From an uncultured Gammaproteobacteria bacterium (GTDB lineage: Bacteria > Pseudomonadota > Gammaproteobacteria > Chromatiales > Chromatiaceae): DNA of 64,000 bases. The DNA lies in NCBI GenBank assembly GCA_963802975.1, contig CAWDLA010000008.1:1524-65523 (forward strand), in the 5' to 3' direction. The notes beneath the pieces are model-generated. The model did no database searches and was not told the DNA's origin. It saw only the letters and a program-made list of their open reading frames with translations. Each line of letters opens with the position of its first letter. The stretch's first letter is position 1. Shown here in pieces: positions 42,863 to 55,888 of the stretch. The position numbers and the translations under genes were made by a program.

Positions 42863-45452
42863 TCACAAGATCACGCCGGAAGACGTGGGAGCGGGATGTC
42901 CCGAGCTTGTCCCAACCGGGCCGGTGCTCCAGGTCCGTCTTGCGCATGTTGCACAAGATCGTGTTGTAGGCGAAGGCACCTGCGGGACTCGGCTCGTCCA
43001 GGGTCAGCATGTCGGGATTGCCGGATCGGTCTACACCGTTCTCGTCCAGATCCATCCAGGCACCCTCGTGCAGCACCGCAACCCCGGGCATCACCCGTTC
43101 GGTGACGTACACCGGCACCACGACCTTGCCGCGGTCGTTCCACACCTCCACCGTGTCGCCGGTCTTGATACCCAGCTTCTTGGCATCGGAGGCGTTGATC
43201 GTGACCTCCTGCTCGTAGGTCTCGCGCAGCCAGGAGCAGTTGTTGAAGATCGAATGGGTGCGCCAGCGCGGGTGCGGCGACATCAGATGGAACGGATACT
43301 TGGACGTCTTCGGGCTGATTGAGGGACTCCCAGGGCTCGATCCACTTCGGAATGGAGGGCACGTGGTAGCCGTAGCGGGTCCGGGTCCAGTCCACCGTCT
43401 GTGCCAGCGGGCGTGCACAGGATCTCGATCTTGCCCGACGGCGTCTTGAACGGCTTGCCCTGCTCGATCTGCTCGCGGAAAGCCACGTGGGGCTCGTCGT
43501 AGACGAACTTGTAGACACCCTTCGCCTTGAACTCCTCCCAAGGCATGTCCACGTTCTGGTGATGCTTGACCTGGTGGTCCCACCAGTGGTGCAGATAGGC
43601 CTCGTCCACCGAGTCCGGATTGAGCCAGTAGCTGCGGTCCGCACGGGGATTGAAGTTCTTGCCGAACGTGTCTCCAACGCCGGTCTTCTGGCCCAAGCGA
43701 TAGGCCAGCTCGGTAAAGATCTGGAAATCGGTCTTGGACTCGCCCATAGGCTCGATGACCTTCGGGCGGTGGATGTAGTAATGCCCCTTGTACCAGGGCA
43801 ATGCCACATCGTGGCGCTCGAAATGGGTCGAGACCGGCAGCAGCACATCGGCGTACAGGCCGGACGGCGTGATGGTGGAGTCCATGCACACCACCAGCTC
43901 GAGCTTCTCGATGGCCTCGATGTTCCTTGTTGATGTTGGTGAGCTGATTGAACCAATCGGAGCCCTGCCAGAAGATGCCCTTGATGTTGGGGATCACGCC
44001 GTCCAATTGATCGTCGCGCGGCCACAGCCCCGCCTCCTCGCGGGTGACGTTCGGGTAGTTGAGCACGATGTGCGCCCAGCGGTCCGACTTGATGGAGGCA
44101 AACCAGATGTTCGCGTATTGGTCGTAGGGATAGGCTACCGCTTCGGAGTGCCAGCCCTTGCCGACACCCTCGGCACAGCCACCGAGCTTGCCGATGTTGC
44201 CGGTCATGGCCTGCACCGCCGCCGCCATGCGATTGTACTGCTCGCCGTAGGCGTTGCGGCCCGGTGCCCAGGAGGCCTTGAGCGCGGCCGGCTTGGTGCG
44301 GGCGTACATGTCGGCCAGCTTCGCTGATGTCCGCCGCCGAAACGCCGCAGATCCGCTCCGCCCATTCCGGCGATCTTCGGCGTTCCGTCCGTAGGTGCCG
44401 AGGATGTAGTCCTTGAAGCTCTCTTTTCCGTTGGGCGAATTCGCGGCCCAATCCGGCATGGTCCCCGCGTCCATCCCCTGACAGAACTTGTCGATGAACT
44501 CCTGGTCCTGCAGATTATTGGCGAAGATATAGTGGGCCATGCCAGCCAGCATGGCGGCGTCCGTGTTGGGACGGATCGGGATCCACCAGGCGTCGTAGGT
44601 TGCGGCGGAGTCCGTGTACTGGGGATCAATCAGAACGAACTTGCAACCCCGCTGCTTGGCCAAACGCATGTAGTAGAAGGTGTTGCCGCCATGGAAGGTG
44701 TAGGCCGGATTCCAGCCCCACATGATGATCAGCTTGGCGTGCGCGAAGGCGTCGTCCTCATTGCCGTCCACCGTGGTACCGAAGGTCCAGAGGGAGCTGG
44801 TGGTCGTACCCTGGTAAGAGGGGACCGACCAGGAGCTGGTGCGGCACCCGAACATCCCCAGGAATCGGGCCAACAGACCCTCGATCTGATCGGATTTGTG
44901 CAAAACGCCGTAGGAGGCGCCGGCGTAGCTCTGGTCGAGCAGGGCCGTGGAGCCGTATTTGTTCTTGATGTCGATCATCTTGTCGGCGACGTGGTTCAGC
45001 GCCTCGTCCCAGCTGATGCGCTTGAACTTGCCCTCGCCCCGTTTACCGACCCTTCCCATCGGGTAGAGCAGCCGTTCGGCAGAGTAAAGCCGTTGCCGAT
45101 AGGACCGTCCGCGCAGACAGCCGCGCAGCTGGGGCTCTGCCTCCGTGTCCTTGCCGAACTCGCCGTTCTCTTGGTATCGCCCGTCGTCCGTGGACAGGCG
45201 CACGATCACGTCACCCTTCTTGTGGGCGACCAGCATATGCCGGGAGCCGCAGTTATGGGCGCAGCTGGTGACGACCGTCTCCAGGTCGTCGTCCCGCGGA
45301 TAAGGCTCATAGGCAAAAGCCTTGGCGTCCTTCGTCTTGACCAGTCCGCCCGAACCGATGGCCGCCGCGCCAGCCGCGGTCGACTTCAGAAACGACCGCC
45401 GCGTGACATTCAGACGGGAGTCGAGAAACGAGAAATCTTTTTGCTCTTTCAT
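42863..45452 (-). CDS. dmsA: Tat-exported DmsA/YnfE-like molybdopterin oxidoreductase (several indels)
   Basis: TRRSFLK, SCAHNCGSR, RGCLRGRS, WGWNP, RPNTDAA, RTHSIF, WNDRG, EGAW. Confidence 0.8.
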
Positions 45453-45465
45453 CAATGACTGCCCC

Positions 45466-46271
45466 CTACTCGGCAGGTTGCTGTTCCGTTTTCGGCTTGG
45501 AAACCCCGACCAGGAATCGGGCTTCGGACTCGGCTGGACGGTCCTTGGCCCAATCCGGCACGGCCTCGACCATCCCGGGCCATGCGTGACGGGGATAGGG
45601 AAAGCCGATCCGATACCAGGCGCGACCGCCATGACAGCCGTAGCAGACATCCGCGTCTTCTTTTGCAAGCGCCTCGATGGCGTCTGGCTTCAGATAGTTG
45701 ACCTGATGCCGGTTGGTCCGGAAAGTGACGTGGCAAAGCAGGCAATTGTTCTGGAAGGCTGCTCCGAACTCAGGCCAAGGCCCGGGGACGCCCATGTTCT
45801 GATAGGAAAACTGTCCGTGACACATCAAGCAGGTGTTCGGATCAACATGCTTGCGCTGCGTCAGGCTCGCGTCACCACCGGCGTGAGACATGGCTGTCTC
45901 CTCTCGGGGATCGTTGCCTTGATGGCAGGTGTTGCATTTCATGTCCATCACCTGGTTTGCGTAGTCGGTAACCAGGTGGCGCCGGTGCATGGTTTCCTGC
46001 TCTCCCTGATAGGTACCCAGCGTTTGATACCAGGCCAGCGCCTGCGCGGCCGTGACGCCTGCGGGAGAAGTCTCCGAAACGCGGCGCTCGAGGATTTCTT
46101 TGTGGCACTCGAGGCACTGCTCGTTCGTCGCCTCGTCAATGGCTGGCTTGAAATGCAGGGGATGCCACCGGGCGTCCTGGTAGCTAAGCTCGCTCTGCGG
46201 CTTGGGCGTTGGAGAACTACCGCCCCCCAGACCGGAATTAAAATCAGTGCGAAAAGGCTGGTTCTTATCAT
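45466..46271 (-). CDS. Periplasmic pentaheme cytochrome c (indel near 46200)
   Basis: Signal peptide; CLECH, CNTCH, CLMCH, CLLCH, CYGCH. Confidence 0.85.
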
Positions 46272-46388
46272 GAAGAGGCTCCTCTCTCTGTCTGGTCCGG
46301 CCTGTTGGACATCATTCTTGCGCCAGAAAAGCAGCACTTCCATGTGCTGGAGCAATGTTTAGTCGTTCTTGTCGTTAGGACAAATTCG

Positions 46389-47428
<1,040 letters not shown>

Positions 47429-47478
47429 TCAGTCATCCTCCACGTGGATCTCAAATACTCGGGTTGGCCAAAATCGGA

Positions 47479-47799
47479 TCATTGGCCATACCACCCGCGA
47501 ATGTCATAACGGCCAGGCATTCCCGGATGGTTGAACGGGGTGTACCAGTTTCCCTGATTCTCAAGGAATCTGAGGCTGTTCGGATATGGCTGGCTTACAC
47601 CGGTCAGCGCCTGTTGGTACCAATCCGGCTTCCGCTGCACGTCCAGGATCACTGGCGCCCCCTGCGGCCGCTGGGACGGCTGAGTGCCGGCAATCGGGAA
47701 CCCGCCCTCGGCAGAAACCATGCACCCCCATCCAGACAGGGTAACGCCGATAAGCACGGCCGTTATCAAGGTCTTGGCTCTCATTCGGATAACCTCCAT
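47479..47799 (-). CDS. Small secreted hypothetical protein, first gene of operon
   Basis: Signal peptide; ALTGVSQPYP.SL.FL..QGNWYTPF..PGMPG.YDIRGW; start may be 47784. Confidence 0.75.
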   Translation of the reverse strand: MEVIRMRAKTLITAVLIGVTLSGWGCMVSAEGGFPIAGTQPSQRPQGAPVILDVQRKPDWYQQALTGVSQPYPNSLRFLENQGNWYTPFNHPGMPGRYDIRGWYGQ

Positions 47800-47904
47800 T
47801 CGGAAAACGCGTGAACAGCCCTGCCTGAAGTCGCCTTCCGTTCTCCGGATAGAACAGCAATCGACAGCAACCGCCTACTAGGACCCCTAGCGCCTAGAAG
47901 AGCA

Positions 47905-47920
47905 AGCACAGATCGAGCCA
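47905..47920 (-). promoter_or_regulatory. sigma54 promoter
   Basis: TGGCTCGATCTGTGCT (GG-N10-GC) with an AT-rich tract upstream. Confidence 0.65.
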
Positions 47921-48010
47921 GCATATAGAAAAGCGTCTCTTCTACCTGTTTTTACTCCTAATTTTCCTGAATAACCAACTGTTAAACTGAGGAAAAGCAG
48001 CGGCGCCAAC

Positions 48011-48313
48011 CTGACGAATTGTCACGAGCCGGGACCTTCGAGCCTCTGCGGTGGCATACCCGGCCGGGTGCCTGTCCTGGACGAGCGGATTCGCACTCAG
48101 CAAGCTATTCGCAGATATTCATAGAGTTAACCGAACAAGCTGGTCGGTGTTCACGGAAATGGTGGGAGGAAACGCGAGACGCGGACGCCATCCTGCCAGG
48201 CTGTCATAGGGGGAATCCTCGGCAAAAACTCCCCCTCATGTTGAATGCTCGACCGTTCGCCCCCTGCAGCAGGCAAGGCCCGCAGCCGGCACCACAGACT
48301 GCCAAATTGGCAG
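48011..48313. promoter_or_regulatory. Three further copies of the 15-bp palindrome
   Basis: CTGACGAATTGTCAC 48011, CTGCCAGGCTGTCAT 48193, CTGCCAAATTGGCAG 48299. Confidence 0.6.
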
Positions 48314-48407
48314 TACAAGCGAGCGGGGCTCGGATAACATCCATAGTAAGTATTTAGCCCCGCCGCTCAACAGACATACAGAAGGCTCAAGAGCCGACGC
48401 GCATCAG

Positions 48408-50271
48408 ATGTCGGAGCATCCCATGCAGTGGATCGATAAAGGCCTGAACCGAAAGTTCGCCGTTGGCACCGTGGCGGGACTGCTCGTCAGCTCCCTCGCC
48501 TTTCTCGTACTGTTCGTCAGCCTTTACCGCGCCCAGCTTGAGCAGGAGCGTTCCGACGCCGCCGCCCAAGTCACGCGCCTGCTCCAGACTTCCCTGGAGA
48601 ACGCAATGCTCAAGCGCGACCTCGAAGGCTTGCGGGACATCGTGAACCGCCTCGGAGCCGAACCCGGCATACTCGATGTCGCAATTTCAAACCCGAAGGG
48701 CGAGGTTCATTTCGCAAGTCACCCAGATGACTTGGGCAAACAGATGCCAGTGGGCGGTGATCTGCTAGACGAGCCCACCACCCTGCTCATGGCCGATGCT
48801 GACGGATCGCCCCGTTCTGCGCAGCATCATCCCCGTCCACAACAAGCCTCCCTGTCAGGAATGCCATGGCCCTATGGACCAGAACCCGATCAACGGCATG
48901 CTGTTTGTGGATTTCGATGGAGGTCCCCTGCAGCATCAGGCGCACACGACGACCCTGTTGCTCATGAGTGCAGGCGCGCTCATTGTTCTCATCAACCTCG
49001 CCGGGGGTTGGTGGTTCATTCACCGGTTCGTGATTCGGCCCGTGCAGCACCTGTCCAACGCGAGTCGACGCCTTTCCGAGGGTGACCTCGGCGCACGCAC
49101 CGCTCTAACGGGAAGTGACGAGCTCGCCGTCCTGGGCCGGACATTCAACCAGATGGCGGCAAGCCTGCAGGATAAGATTGCCGAGCTGCAAGACAAGGAG
49201 AAATTCCTGCAGCAACTCATCGACGCCATCCCCGACGGCATTCGCGTCATCGATGCCGACTACAGAGTCCTGCTGTCGAACGCGACCTACCGGGGCCAGA
49301 TCGGACTCGATGCGGACGGGGACCTTCCGGATCGCTGCTACGCGGCAACTCACGCCCGATCGAATCCCTGCCCTCAAACCCTGATTACCTGCCCGTTGAA
49401 GGAGATCCAAAGGACCGGTGAGCCTCTACGAGCGGTGCACCGCCACCAGAGATTGGACGGCGGCACGCTGGACGTGGAGCTGTACGCGGCGCCGATGCGC
49501 GTGACTCAAAAGGGACAGGAACAATTGCTCGTCATCGAGTCGATCCGTGATCTTGCACAGGAAGTGAAGTTCTCCCACGAGCAGAAGCTCTCGGAGCTCG
49601 GCCGGCTCGCCGCTGGAGTGGCCCATGAGATCCACAACCCCCTGGCTGCGGTCCGGATGGCCCTGCACGCAGCCGAGCAGGCCAACGCCGCCGAGCAGCC
49701 GAACTGCGCCCAAGTGTCCGAATACCTTGCGCTGGTGGACCAGGAAGTGGAGAAATGCAGCCAGATAACGGAGCGACTGCTCAAGCTCAGCGTCCCGCCT
49801 CCGGAGCAGCAGGAACTCGTGGACGTCGACCGGGTCGCGGACGAGACCCTGAAGCTGTTGCGCTGGGAGGCTGAAACCCGTTCCGTAAGCATCCGCCTGT
49901 GTACTGAAGACGCGCCGCTGCGTATCCTTGCCACCGACAGCGATGTCCGGATGGTGACCCTGAACCTCGCCCAGAACGCCTGTCACGCGATGCCGAGGGG
50001 TGGCACCCTGACGGTCCGCTGCCAACGCGCGGACGGCAGGATCAGAATCATCTTCGACGACACCGGCGTCGGAATCGACCCGCGGGACCGCGCCAGGGTC
50101 TTCGAGCCCTTCTTCAGCCGCAGAGCCGATGGTATCCGCGGAACGGGGCTGGGACTCTCGATCACCAAGAGCATCGTCGAGAACCATCAGGGAACCATCT
50201 CGGTAAACGGCGAGCAGGGACACGGAAGCCGGGTTACCGTCAGCTTCCCTGACGCGGACCTGGAGATATGA
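48408..50271 (+). CDS. Sensor histidine kinase with periplasmic heme-c motif, HAMP and PAS (indel near 48800)
   Basis: TM-..CQECH..-TM, DELAVL, AHEIHNPL, GTGLGL. Confidence 0.9.
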
Positions 50272-50274
50272 AGC

Positions 50275-51639
50275 GTGGGTGAAATGAAAAAACAGATCCT
50301 GATCATCGAAGACGATGCGGTTCTCAACCGATTGATCGTCAAGCAGCTCGACGACCAAGGTTACGACGTGACAGGTGTAAAGACATGGCGGGACGCCGAT
50401 GCGTTCCTGACCAGCCAAGAGCCTCATTTGGTCATCATGGACGTCAGGCTTCCCGACGGCGACAGCCTTGAACGCCTGCCCGACCTGGTCAAGGCGCAAC
50501 CGGTGGTGGTGCTGACCGCCTACGGATCAGTGCGCGATGCGGTAGCGGCCATGAAAGCGGGAGCCTTCGAGTATCTTCTCAAGCCCGCAAGCCCCGAAGA
50601 GTTGTCGCTGGTTGTGCAACGCGCCTTGGACGATGCGGCCTTGCGCAGCGACCACAAATTCTGCCGCCAACGGCTGCAGGCAAAAGAGGGTACGGGGCGC
50701 TTCATGATCGGCGTAAGCGCCCCCTTGCTGCGGGTCAAGGAGACGATCGCGGCGGTCGCGCCGACGGACATCACCGTGTTGATCCAGGGCGAGAGCGGCA
50801 CGGGAAAGGAACTGGTCGCGCGGGCGATCCACGAGAGCAGCGGGCGCGCCAAGCGCAACTTCGTCGCCGTGGACTGCTGCACCCTGCAGGAGAAGCTGTT
50901 CGAGTCCGAGCTATTCGGTCACGAAAAGGGAGCCTTCACCAGCGCGGACAAGCAGAAACGGGGACTGATCGAGGGCGCCGAAGGCGGCACCCTTTTTCTG
51001 GACGAGATCGGCGAGATCGATCCCACCATTCAGTCCAAGCTGTTACGAATGCTTGAGACCGGCATTTTCCGCCGTCTCGGCGGCACCAAGGACCTACAGG
51101 CCAACATCCGGGTAGTAGCCGCCACCAATCGGGATCTGGAGGCCCTGAGCAAGAGCGGCGAGTTCCGCTCGGACCTCTACTACCGCTTGAGCGCCTTCGT
51201 CATCGACACGCCACCTTTGCGCGAGCGGCGGGACGACATCCCCTACCTTGCGACGCACTTCATTCAGAACCACAACTTCTCGCGCCGGATCAACAAACGC
51301 ATCTCCAACGAGGCGATCCGGCGGCTTACCTCCTACGACTGGCCCGGCAACGTGCGCGAGCTAAAGAACGTAGTGGAAAGGGCCATAATCTTGTCTCGGG
51401 ACACCAGCACCATCCGCCCCGAGCACCTGGCGTCCGGTACCAACGGAAACCGCAGTAACATAAGAGTTACGATGAGCTTCGACCACGACCCCACGCTGGA
51501 GGAATTGCAGGCGGAATACCTGCGCATGCAGCTGGGCAAGTTCTCCGGCCACCGGGCCAAGGTCGCCGAGGTGCTCGACGTCAGTGAGCGCAATATCTAC
51601 CGGCTCATCCGCCGCTACGGGCTCTCGGAGGCATCCTGA
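50275..51639 (+). CDS. sigma54-dependent response regulator (NtrC family)
   Basis: Receiver, GESGTGKE, GHEKGAFTSA, WPGNVREL, HTH. Confidence 0.95.
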   Translation: MGEMKKQILIIEDDAVLNRLIVKQLDDQGYDVTGVKTWRDADAFLTSQEPHLVIMDVRLPDGDSLERLPDLVKAQPVVVLTAYGSVRDAVAAMKAGAFEYLLKPASPEELSLVVQRALDDAALRSDHKFCRQRLQAKEGTGRFMIGVSAPLLRVKETIAAVAPTDITVLIQGESGTGKELVARAIHESSGRAKRNFVAVDCCTLQEKLFESELFGHEKGAFTSADKQKRGLIEGAEGGTLFLDEIGEIDPTIQSKLLRMLETGIFRRLGGTKDLQANIRVVAATNRDLEALSKSGEFRSDLYYRLSAFVIDTPPLRERRDDIPYLATHFIQNHNFSRRINKRISNEAIRRLTSYDWPGNVRELKNVVERAIILSRDTSTIRPEHLASGTNGNRSNIRVTMSFDHDPTLEELQAEYLRMQLGKFSGHRAKVAEVLDVSERNIYRLIRRYGLSEAS

Positions 51640-51698
51640 TCGGCGATCCATTATTTAGAAGTAGACAAGTCAAACCACAACAGAAGAGGAGGCGATCG

Positions 51699-52328
51699 AT
51701 GACCGCAACCCAAATGACCAAACTGTCGGCGAGCCTGTCCGCCGCCGCTCTCGCACTGGGGCTGGGCCAACCCTCACTCGCAGAGGATACAAAGCAGGAA
51801 GCGGCGCACGCCGCCGCACCCGCGGAGCAGCCTGCTGCAACTCCTGCGGCTCCGGCCCAGCATCCGGGCCAAGCCGCCCGCGAGGCGATGGAGCAACGGC
51901 GGGCTGCCCACTTGGCGGAGCTGCAAAAGCGCCACGAGGAGTTGCGGGAGCAGGCGGCAAGCTACGGCTTCGAGATGCCGCCGGCCACGCCCTGGACAGA
52001 GAGCCCCCAGTGGCTGAGCTTTGAGGAGATGCAGGAACGGATGAAAGCCCGAGGGATTGCGATACAGGCGCCCCCATCCGATGCGGCACTTACGCCGCCG
52101 CCCGTTCCCGCGCCGCCTATGGCGATGGTGGACCCCGAAGAGCAGAAACGCATCTTCGACACTATCGGGAATATGACACCCGAGCAGCAGAAGGCCTGCT
52201 TCGCCCTATCGCGCTGGCATACGCGCCGGATGCCGCCGGGCTTTAACCCGCCGCAGATGCCTCAGTATCCGCCGGGCTATGCCCCGCGGAGCAGACAGCC
52301 CCATCCGGGGATGATGCCTCCGCGATAG
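51699..52328 (+). CDS. Secreted Pro/Ala/Met-rich hypothetical protein
   Basis: GAGGAGG RBS, signal peptide, coiled coil, Pro-rich tail. Confidence 0.7.
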   Translation: MTATQMTKLSASLSAAALALGLGQPSLAEDTKQEAAHAAAPAEQPAATPAAPAQHPGQAAREAMEQRRAAHLAELQKRHEELREQAASYGFEMPPATPWTESPQWLSFEEMQERMKARGIAIQAPPSDAALTPPPVPAPPMAMVDPEEQKRIFDTIGNMTPEQQKACFALSRWHTRRMPPGFNPPQMPQYPPGYAPRSRQPHPGMMPPR

Positions 52329-52389
52329 TCTGCTGAGCACAAACCCGTCGCTCTGCCCGCAGGATGCACTTGGGAATCACCCTTTTTCT

Positions 52390-52457
52390 ACCACGAAGAG
52401 CACGAAGGATACGAAGACGTTCGCGAAATCTTTCGTGCTCTTCGTGCCCGTTGTGGT
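52390..52457. repeat. Imperfect palindromic intergenic repeat
   Basis: ACCACGAAGAGCACGAAG ... TTCGTGCTCTTCGTGCCCGTTGTGGT. Confidence 0.5.
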
Positions 52458-52616
52458 CCATTTCCTTCTGTAGACTCCCATGAAACATTAGAGTAACCCA
52501 TTGATTTCTGGCAGATCCGTTCGATTGTCTCCCGCCCGACAACGGACGGCCAACCGACGGCGCGGAATCTCCAGGTTCACTGTGCCAAGGGCGCCTTTCA
52601 TCGGCCCATCAAGTTG

Positions 52617-54026
52617 CTACTTCTCACGCTTACCAATGAACTCCAGGGCCTTGTCGATACGGCGCAGAGTTGCTTCCTTTCCCACCAATCGCAGGGTCAC
52701 GTCGATACCTGGCGAGGCGGCGCGGCCCACCACCGCCACGCGCAGGGGCTGGGCCACCTTGCCCATCTTGGTATCCAGTTCCTGTGCGACCCGCTCCACC
52801 GTGTACTCCAGGGTCGCCGGCTCCCAGTCATCCAGGGCTAGCATGTCGAGCTGATCGCGGAGCTTCACCAACGCGTCCTTCGCCGCCGGGCGCAGGTGCT
52901 TCTTGGCCGCTGCCTCGTCGTAGTCGTCGAAGTCCCGGTAGAGGAAGGCGCTGATCGCCGCCAGTTCCACGAGGGTCTTGGCCCGCGCCTGCTGGGCCTG
53001 TACCACGTCCACCAGATCCGGCCCGGTGGCGGGGTCTATACCCAAGCTGCCCAGGTGGGGACTGAGCAGGTGCGCGATGCGCTTCGGATCGCCGTGCTGT
53101 ATGTAGTGCTGATTGAGCCAATCCAGCTTCTCGGTGTTGAAGCTGGAGGCGGCCTTGTTGACTTGGTCGATGTCGAAAAGCTCCACCATCTCGTCCAGGG
53201 AGAAGATCTCCTGGTCGCCGTGGGACCAGCCCAGGCGCACCAGGTAGTTCAGCAGCGCCTCGGGCAGGTAGCCCTGCTCCCGGTACGCGATGACGCTCAC
53301 CGCACCGTGGCGCTTGGACAGTCGTGCCCCGTCGTCCCCCAGGATCATGGGTACGTGGGCGTACTGCGGGGGCTCCTGGCCGAGGGCACGCAGGATATTC
53401 ACCTGGCGCGGGGTGTTGTTGACGTGATCGTCACCGCGGATGACGTGCGTGATCCCCATGTCCCAGTCGTCAACGACAACGGTCAGGTTGTAGGTTGGGG
53501 AGCCGTCGCTGCGGCGGATGATGAGGTCGTCCAGCTCCTCGTTGCTGAAAACCACCCGGCCGCGAACCAAGTCGTCCACCAGCACGTCCCCGTCATCCGA
53601 ATTGAGGAATCGGACCACGTGCGGCATCTCGGGGTCGATCTCTCGGTGGCGGCAGTGGCCGTCGTAGCGTGGCTTATCCTTCTTCGCCATCTGCTCCTCG
53701 CGCAGGGTGTCCAGCCGCTCCTTGGAGCAGTCGCAGCGGTAGGCCAGCCCCTTGTCCATCAAGTCATCGATGACCTGGTTGTAGCGGTCGAAACGCTTAG
53801 TCTGGTAAAAGGGCCCCTCGTCGTACTCAAGCCCCAGCCAGGTCATGCCCTCCAGGATTGCGTTCACCGATTCGGCATTGGAGCGCTCCAGGTCCGTGTC
53901 CTCGATGCGAAGGACAAAGGTCCCGCCGTGCTTGCGTGCGAAGAGATAGGAAAAGAGCGCCGTTCGCGCTCCCCCCACGTGCAGATAACCGGTGGGCGAA
54001 GGGGCGAATCTGGTGCGAACAGTCAT
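52617..54026 (-). CDS. gltX: Glutamate--tRNA ligase
   Basis: [22 protein letters not shown]. Confidence 0.98.
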   Translation of the reverse strand: MTVRTRFAPSPTGYLHVGGARTALFSYLFARKHGGTFVLRIEDTDLERSNAESVNAILEGMTWLGLEYDEGPFYQTKRFDRYNQVIDDLMDKGLAYRCDCSKERLDTLREEQMAKKDKPRYDGHCRHREIDPEMPHVVRFLNSDDGDVLVDDLVRGRVVFSNEELDDLIIRRSDGSPTYNLTVVVDDWDMGITHVIRGDDHVNNTPRQVNILRALGQEPPQYAHVPMILGDDGARLSKRHGAVSVIAYREQGYLPEALLNYLVRLGWSHGDQEIFSLDEMVELFDIDQVNKAASSFNTEKLDWLNQHYIQHGDPKRIAHLLSPHLGSLGIDPATGPDLVDVVQAQQARAKTLVELAAISAFLYRDFDDYDEAAAKKHLRPAAKDALVKLRDQLDMLALDDWEPATLEYTVERVAQELDTKMGKVAQPLRVAVVGRAASPGIDVTLRLVGKEATLRRIDKALEFIGKREK

Positions 54027-54188
54027 GGCAGGTCGGATATCCGGGCGGTGATGAACAAGGCCAGCGATTCTAACAGAGGGCGAACCGCGGCGGCGTACTG
54101 TAAGCGCATCGGTCACTGAGGATCGCGCGCGGCGTATCCCGGACTTACGCGTGACCCTAAAGATTCGGTTCGCGTCCCCCTGTGCGTC

Positions 54189-55154
54189 CTACTTTCTTTT
54201 TTCGTTTCGGTCTTTGCGCCTTGATACGTTCGCGGGCGATTTCTTCGGCCCGGAGCTCCCGGATCTGCGGGAAGCAGCATCCTCCCAGGGCCTCGAGGGC
54301 GACGCGTCCTCCTCGGACCGGCGCTCGGCGTTCCGCTGCTTGTGCTTGCCCGGGCCGTGCTTGATCGGCTGTCGCTTCTCCATCCCAGCCAGCTCGAGCA
54401 ACCCGCTCAGCTCCTCTGCAGTAAGGTCCCGCCAGTGACCAACAAAAACCCGCGGTCCCAGGATGACGTTGCCGAATCGCACACGCTTGAGCCGGCTCAC
54501 TCGGCAACCGGCAGCCTCCCACAGACGCCGAACCTCCCGGTTGCGACCCTCGCGCAGCAGAACGTGGAACCATCGATTCGCTCCATCGCCCCCGGATTCG
54601 ACGATCTCCTCGAAGCGCGCCGGGCCATCTTCGAGCTCGACCCCATGGGTGAGAAGCACGAAGGCTTCCTCCCGTACCTCGCCCAGGATACGCACGGCGT
54701 ATTCCCGCTCGACCTCTCGGGAGGGGTGCATAAGCCTGTTTGCCAGCTCACCATCGTTGGTCAGCAAAAGCAGACCCGCGGTGTTGATGTCCAATCGGCC
54801 GACGGCAATCCAGCGGCCGCCCTTGAGCCGTGGCAGGCGGCTGAATACGGTGCGCCGACCCTCGGGGTCGTGGCGGGTCACCAACTCCCCTTCCGGCTTG
54901 TTGTAGGCGATGACACGGAGCTCTCGCATACGCGCCGGCCCGCGCTTGACCTCCTTGCCATCGACCCGCACGTGATCCGCCGAGGTGATCCGATCCCCGA
55001 GCTTCGCCTGCTTGCCATTGATGCGCACCCGGCCGTCCCGGATCCAGCCCTCGATCTCGCGGCGTGAGCCGAAACCGGCATCCGCCAGCGCCTTCTGCAA
55101 CCGAACAGCTTCCGGAGTCGAGCCGGACGGGGACGATGGGCGTTTGGTGCGCAA
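54189..55154 (-). CDS. rluB: 23S rRNA pseudouridine synthase B
   Basis: RLQKALA S4 domain, [14 protein letters not shown]. Confidence 0.93.
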   Translation of the reverse strand: MRTKRPSSPSGSTPEAVRLQKALADAGFGSRREIEGWIRDGRVRINGKQAKLGDRITSADHVRVDGKEVKRGPARMRELRVIAYNKPEGELVTRHDPEGRRTVFSRLPRLKGGRWIAVGRLDINTAGLLLLTNDGELANRLMHPSREVEREYAVRILGEVREEAFVLLTHGVELEDGPARFEEIVESGGDGANRWFHVLLREGRNREVRRLWEAAGCRVSRLKRVRFGNVILGPRVFVGHWRDLTAEELSGLLELAGMEKRQPIKHGPGKHKQRNAERRSEEDASPSRPWEDAASRRSGSSGPKKSPANVSRRKDRNEKRK

Positions 55155-55210
55155 CGGTGAAGGTCCTCAGGGGTTAGCCGCAGTAGGACAGTCGTAAATC
55201 GGACAGGCGC

Positions 55211-55888
55211 CTACTCACCGCCACGCTCCGCTTCGGCGTCGATCCCATCCTCGGACCCGGCGTCCGGGCCCTCGGGCGCTGGAAACACAGCCGGAATCTC
55301 GATGAGCGCTTCGGCCGGGTCCTCGGGTTCCCCGAGGTCCAGGTCATCGCCGAGAAACTCGGGGTCACGGATCTCCGCCAGCGTGGGCAGATCGTTCAGG
55401 GAGCGCAGCCCGAAATAGTCCAAAAACTTGCGGGTGGTGGCGTACAGGGCCGGCCGGCCGGGGACGTCCCGGTGGCCTACGACGCGAATCCATTCGCGCT
55501 CGGTCAGCGTCTTGACGATGTTGGTGCTGACCGCAACACCGCGGATGTCCTCGATCTCGCCGCGGGTGATGGGTTGACGGTAGGCGACCAGGGCCAGGGT
55601 CTCGAGCAGGGCACGGGAATAGCGGGCCGGCTTCTCGTCCCACAGACGAGCCACCCAGGGCGCTGTCTCCTTGCGCACCTGCACCCGGTAACCGCCCGCT
55701 ACCTGAACCAGCTCGATGCCACGACCCTGATAGTCACGTTCCAAGGACGAGAGAGCGTCCAACACCTCATCCCGGCTCGGCCGTTCCTCGTCGGGGAAGA
55801 GACCGAGCAGGTGATCCAGGGTCAGTGGACCGCCGGCCGCCAGCAGGGCCCCCTCGACGATCTGCTTCAGCGCAGGCGTCCCGCTCAC
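55211..55888 (-). CDS. scpB: SMC-Scp subunit ScpB
   Basis: ALLETLALVAYRQPITRGEIEDIRGV. Confidence 0.96.
   Translation of the reverse strand: MSGTPALKQIVEGALLAAGGPLTLDHLLGLFPDEERPSRDEVLDALSSLERDYQGRGIELVQVAGGYRVQVRKETAPWVARLWDEKPARYSRALLETLALVAYRQPITRGEIEDIRGVAVSTNIVKTLTEREWIRVVGHRDVPGRPALYATTRKFLDYFGLRSLNDLPTLAEIRDPEFLGDDLDLGEPEDPAEALIEIPAVFPAPEGPDAGSEDGIDAEAERGGE

Noticed and set aside
42863-45452. ArrA/ArxA, nitrate or perchlorate reductase assignment
   Set aside because: CxxNCG and CLRGRS motifs fit the DmsA/YnfE branch; no ars or nar/pcr partner genes.
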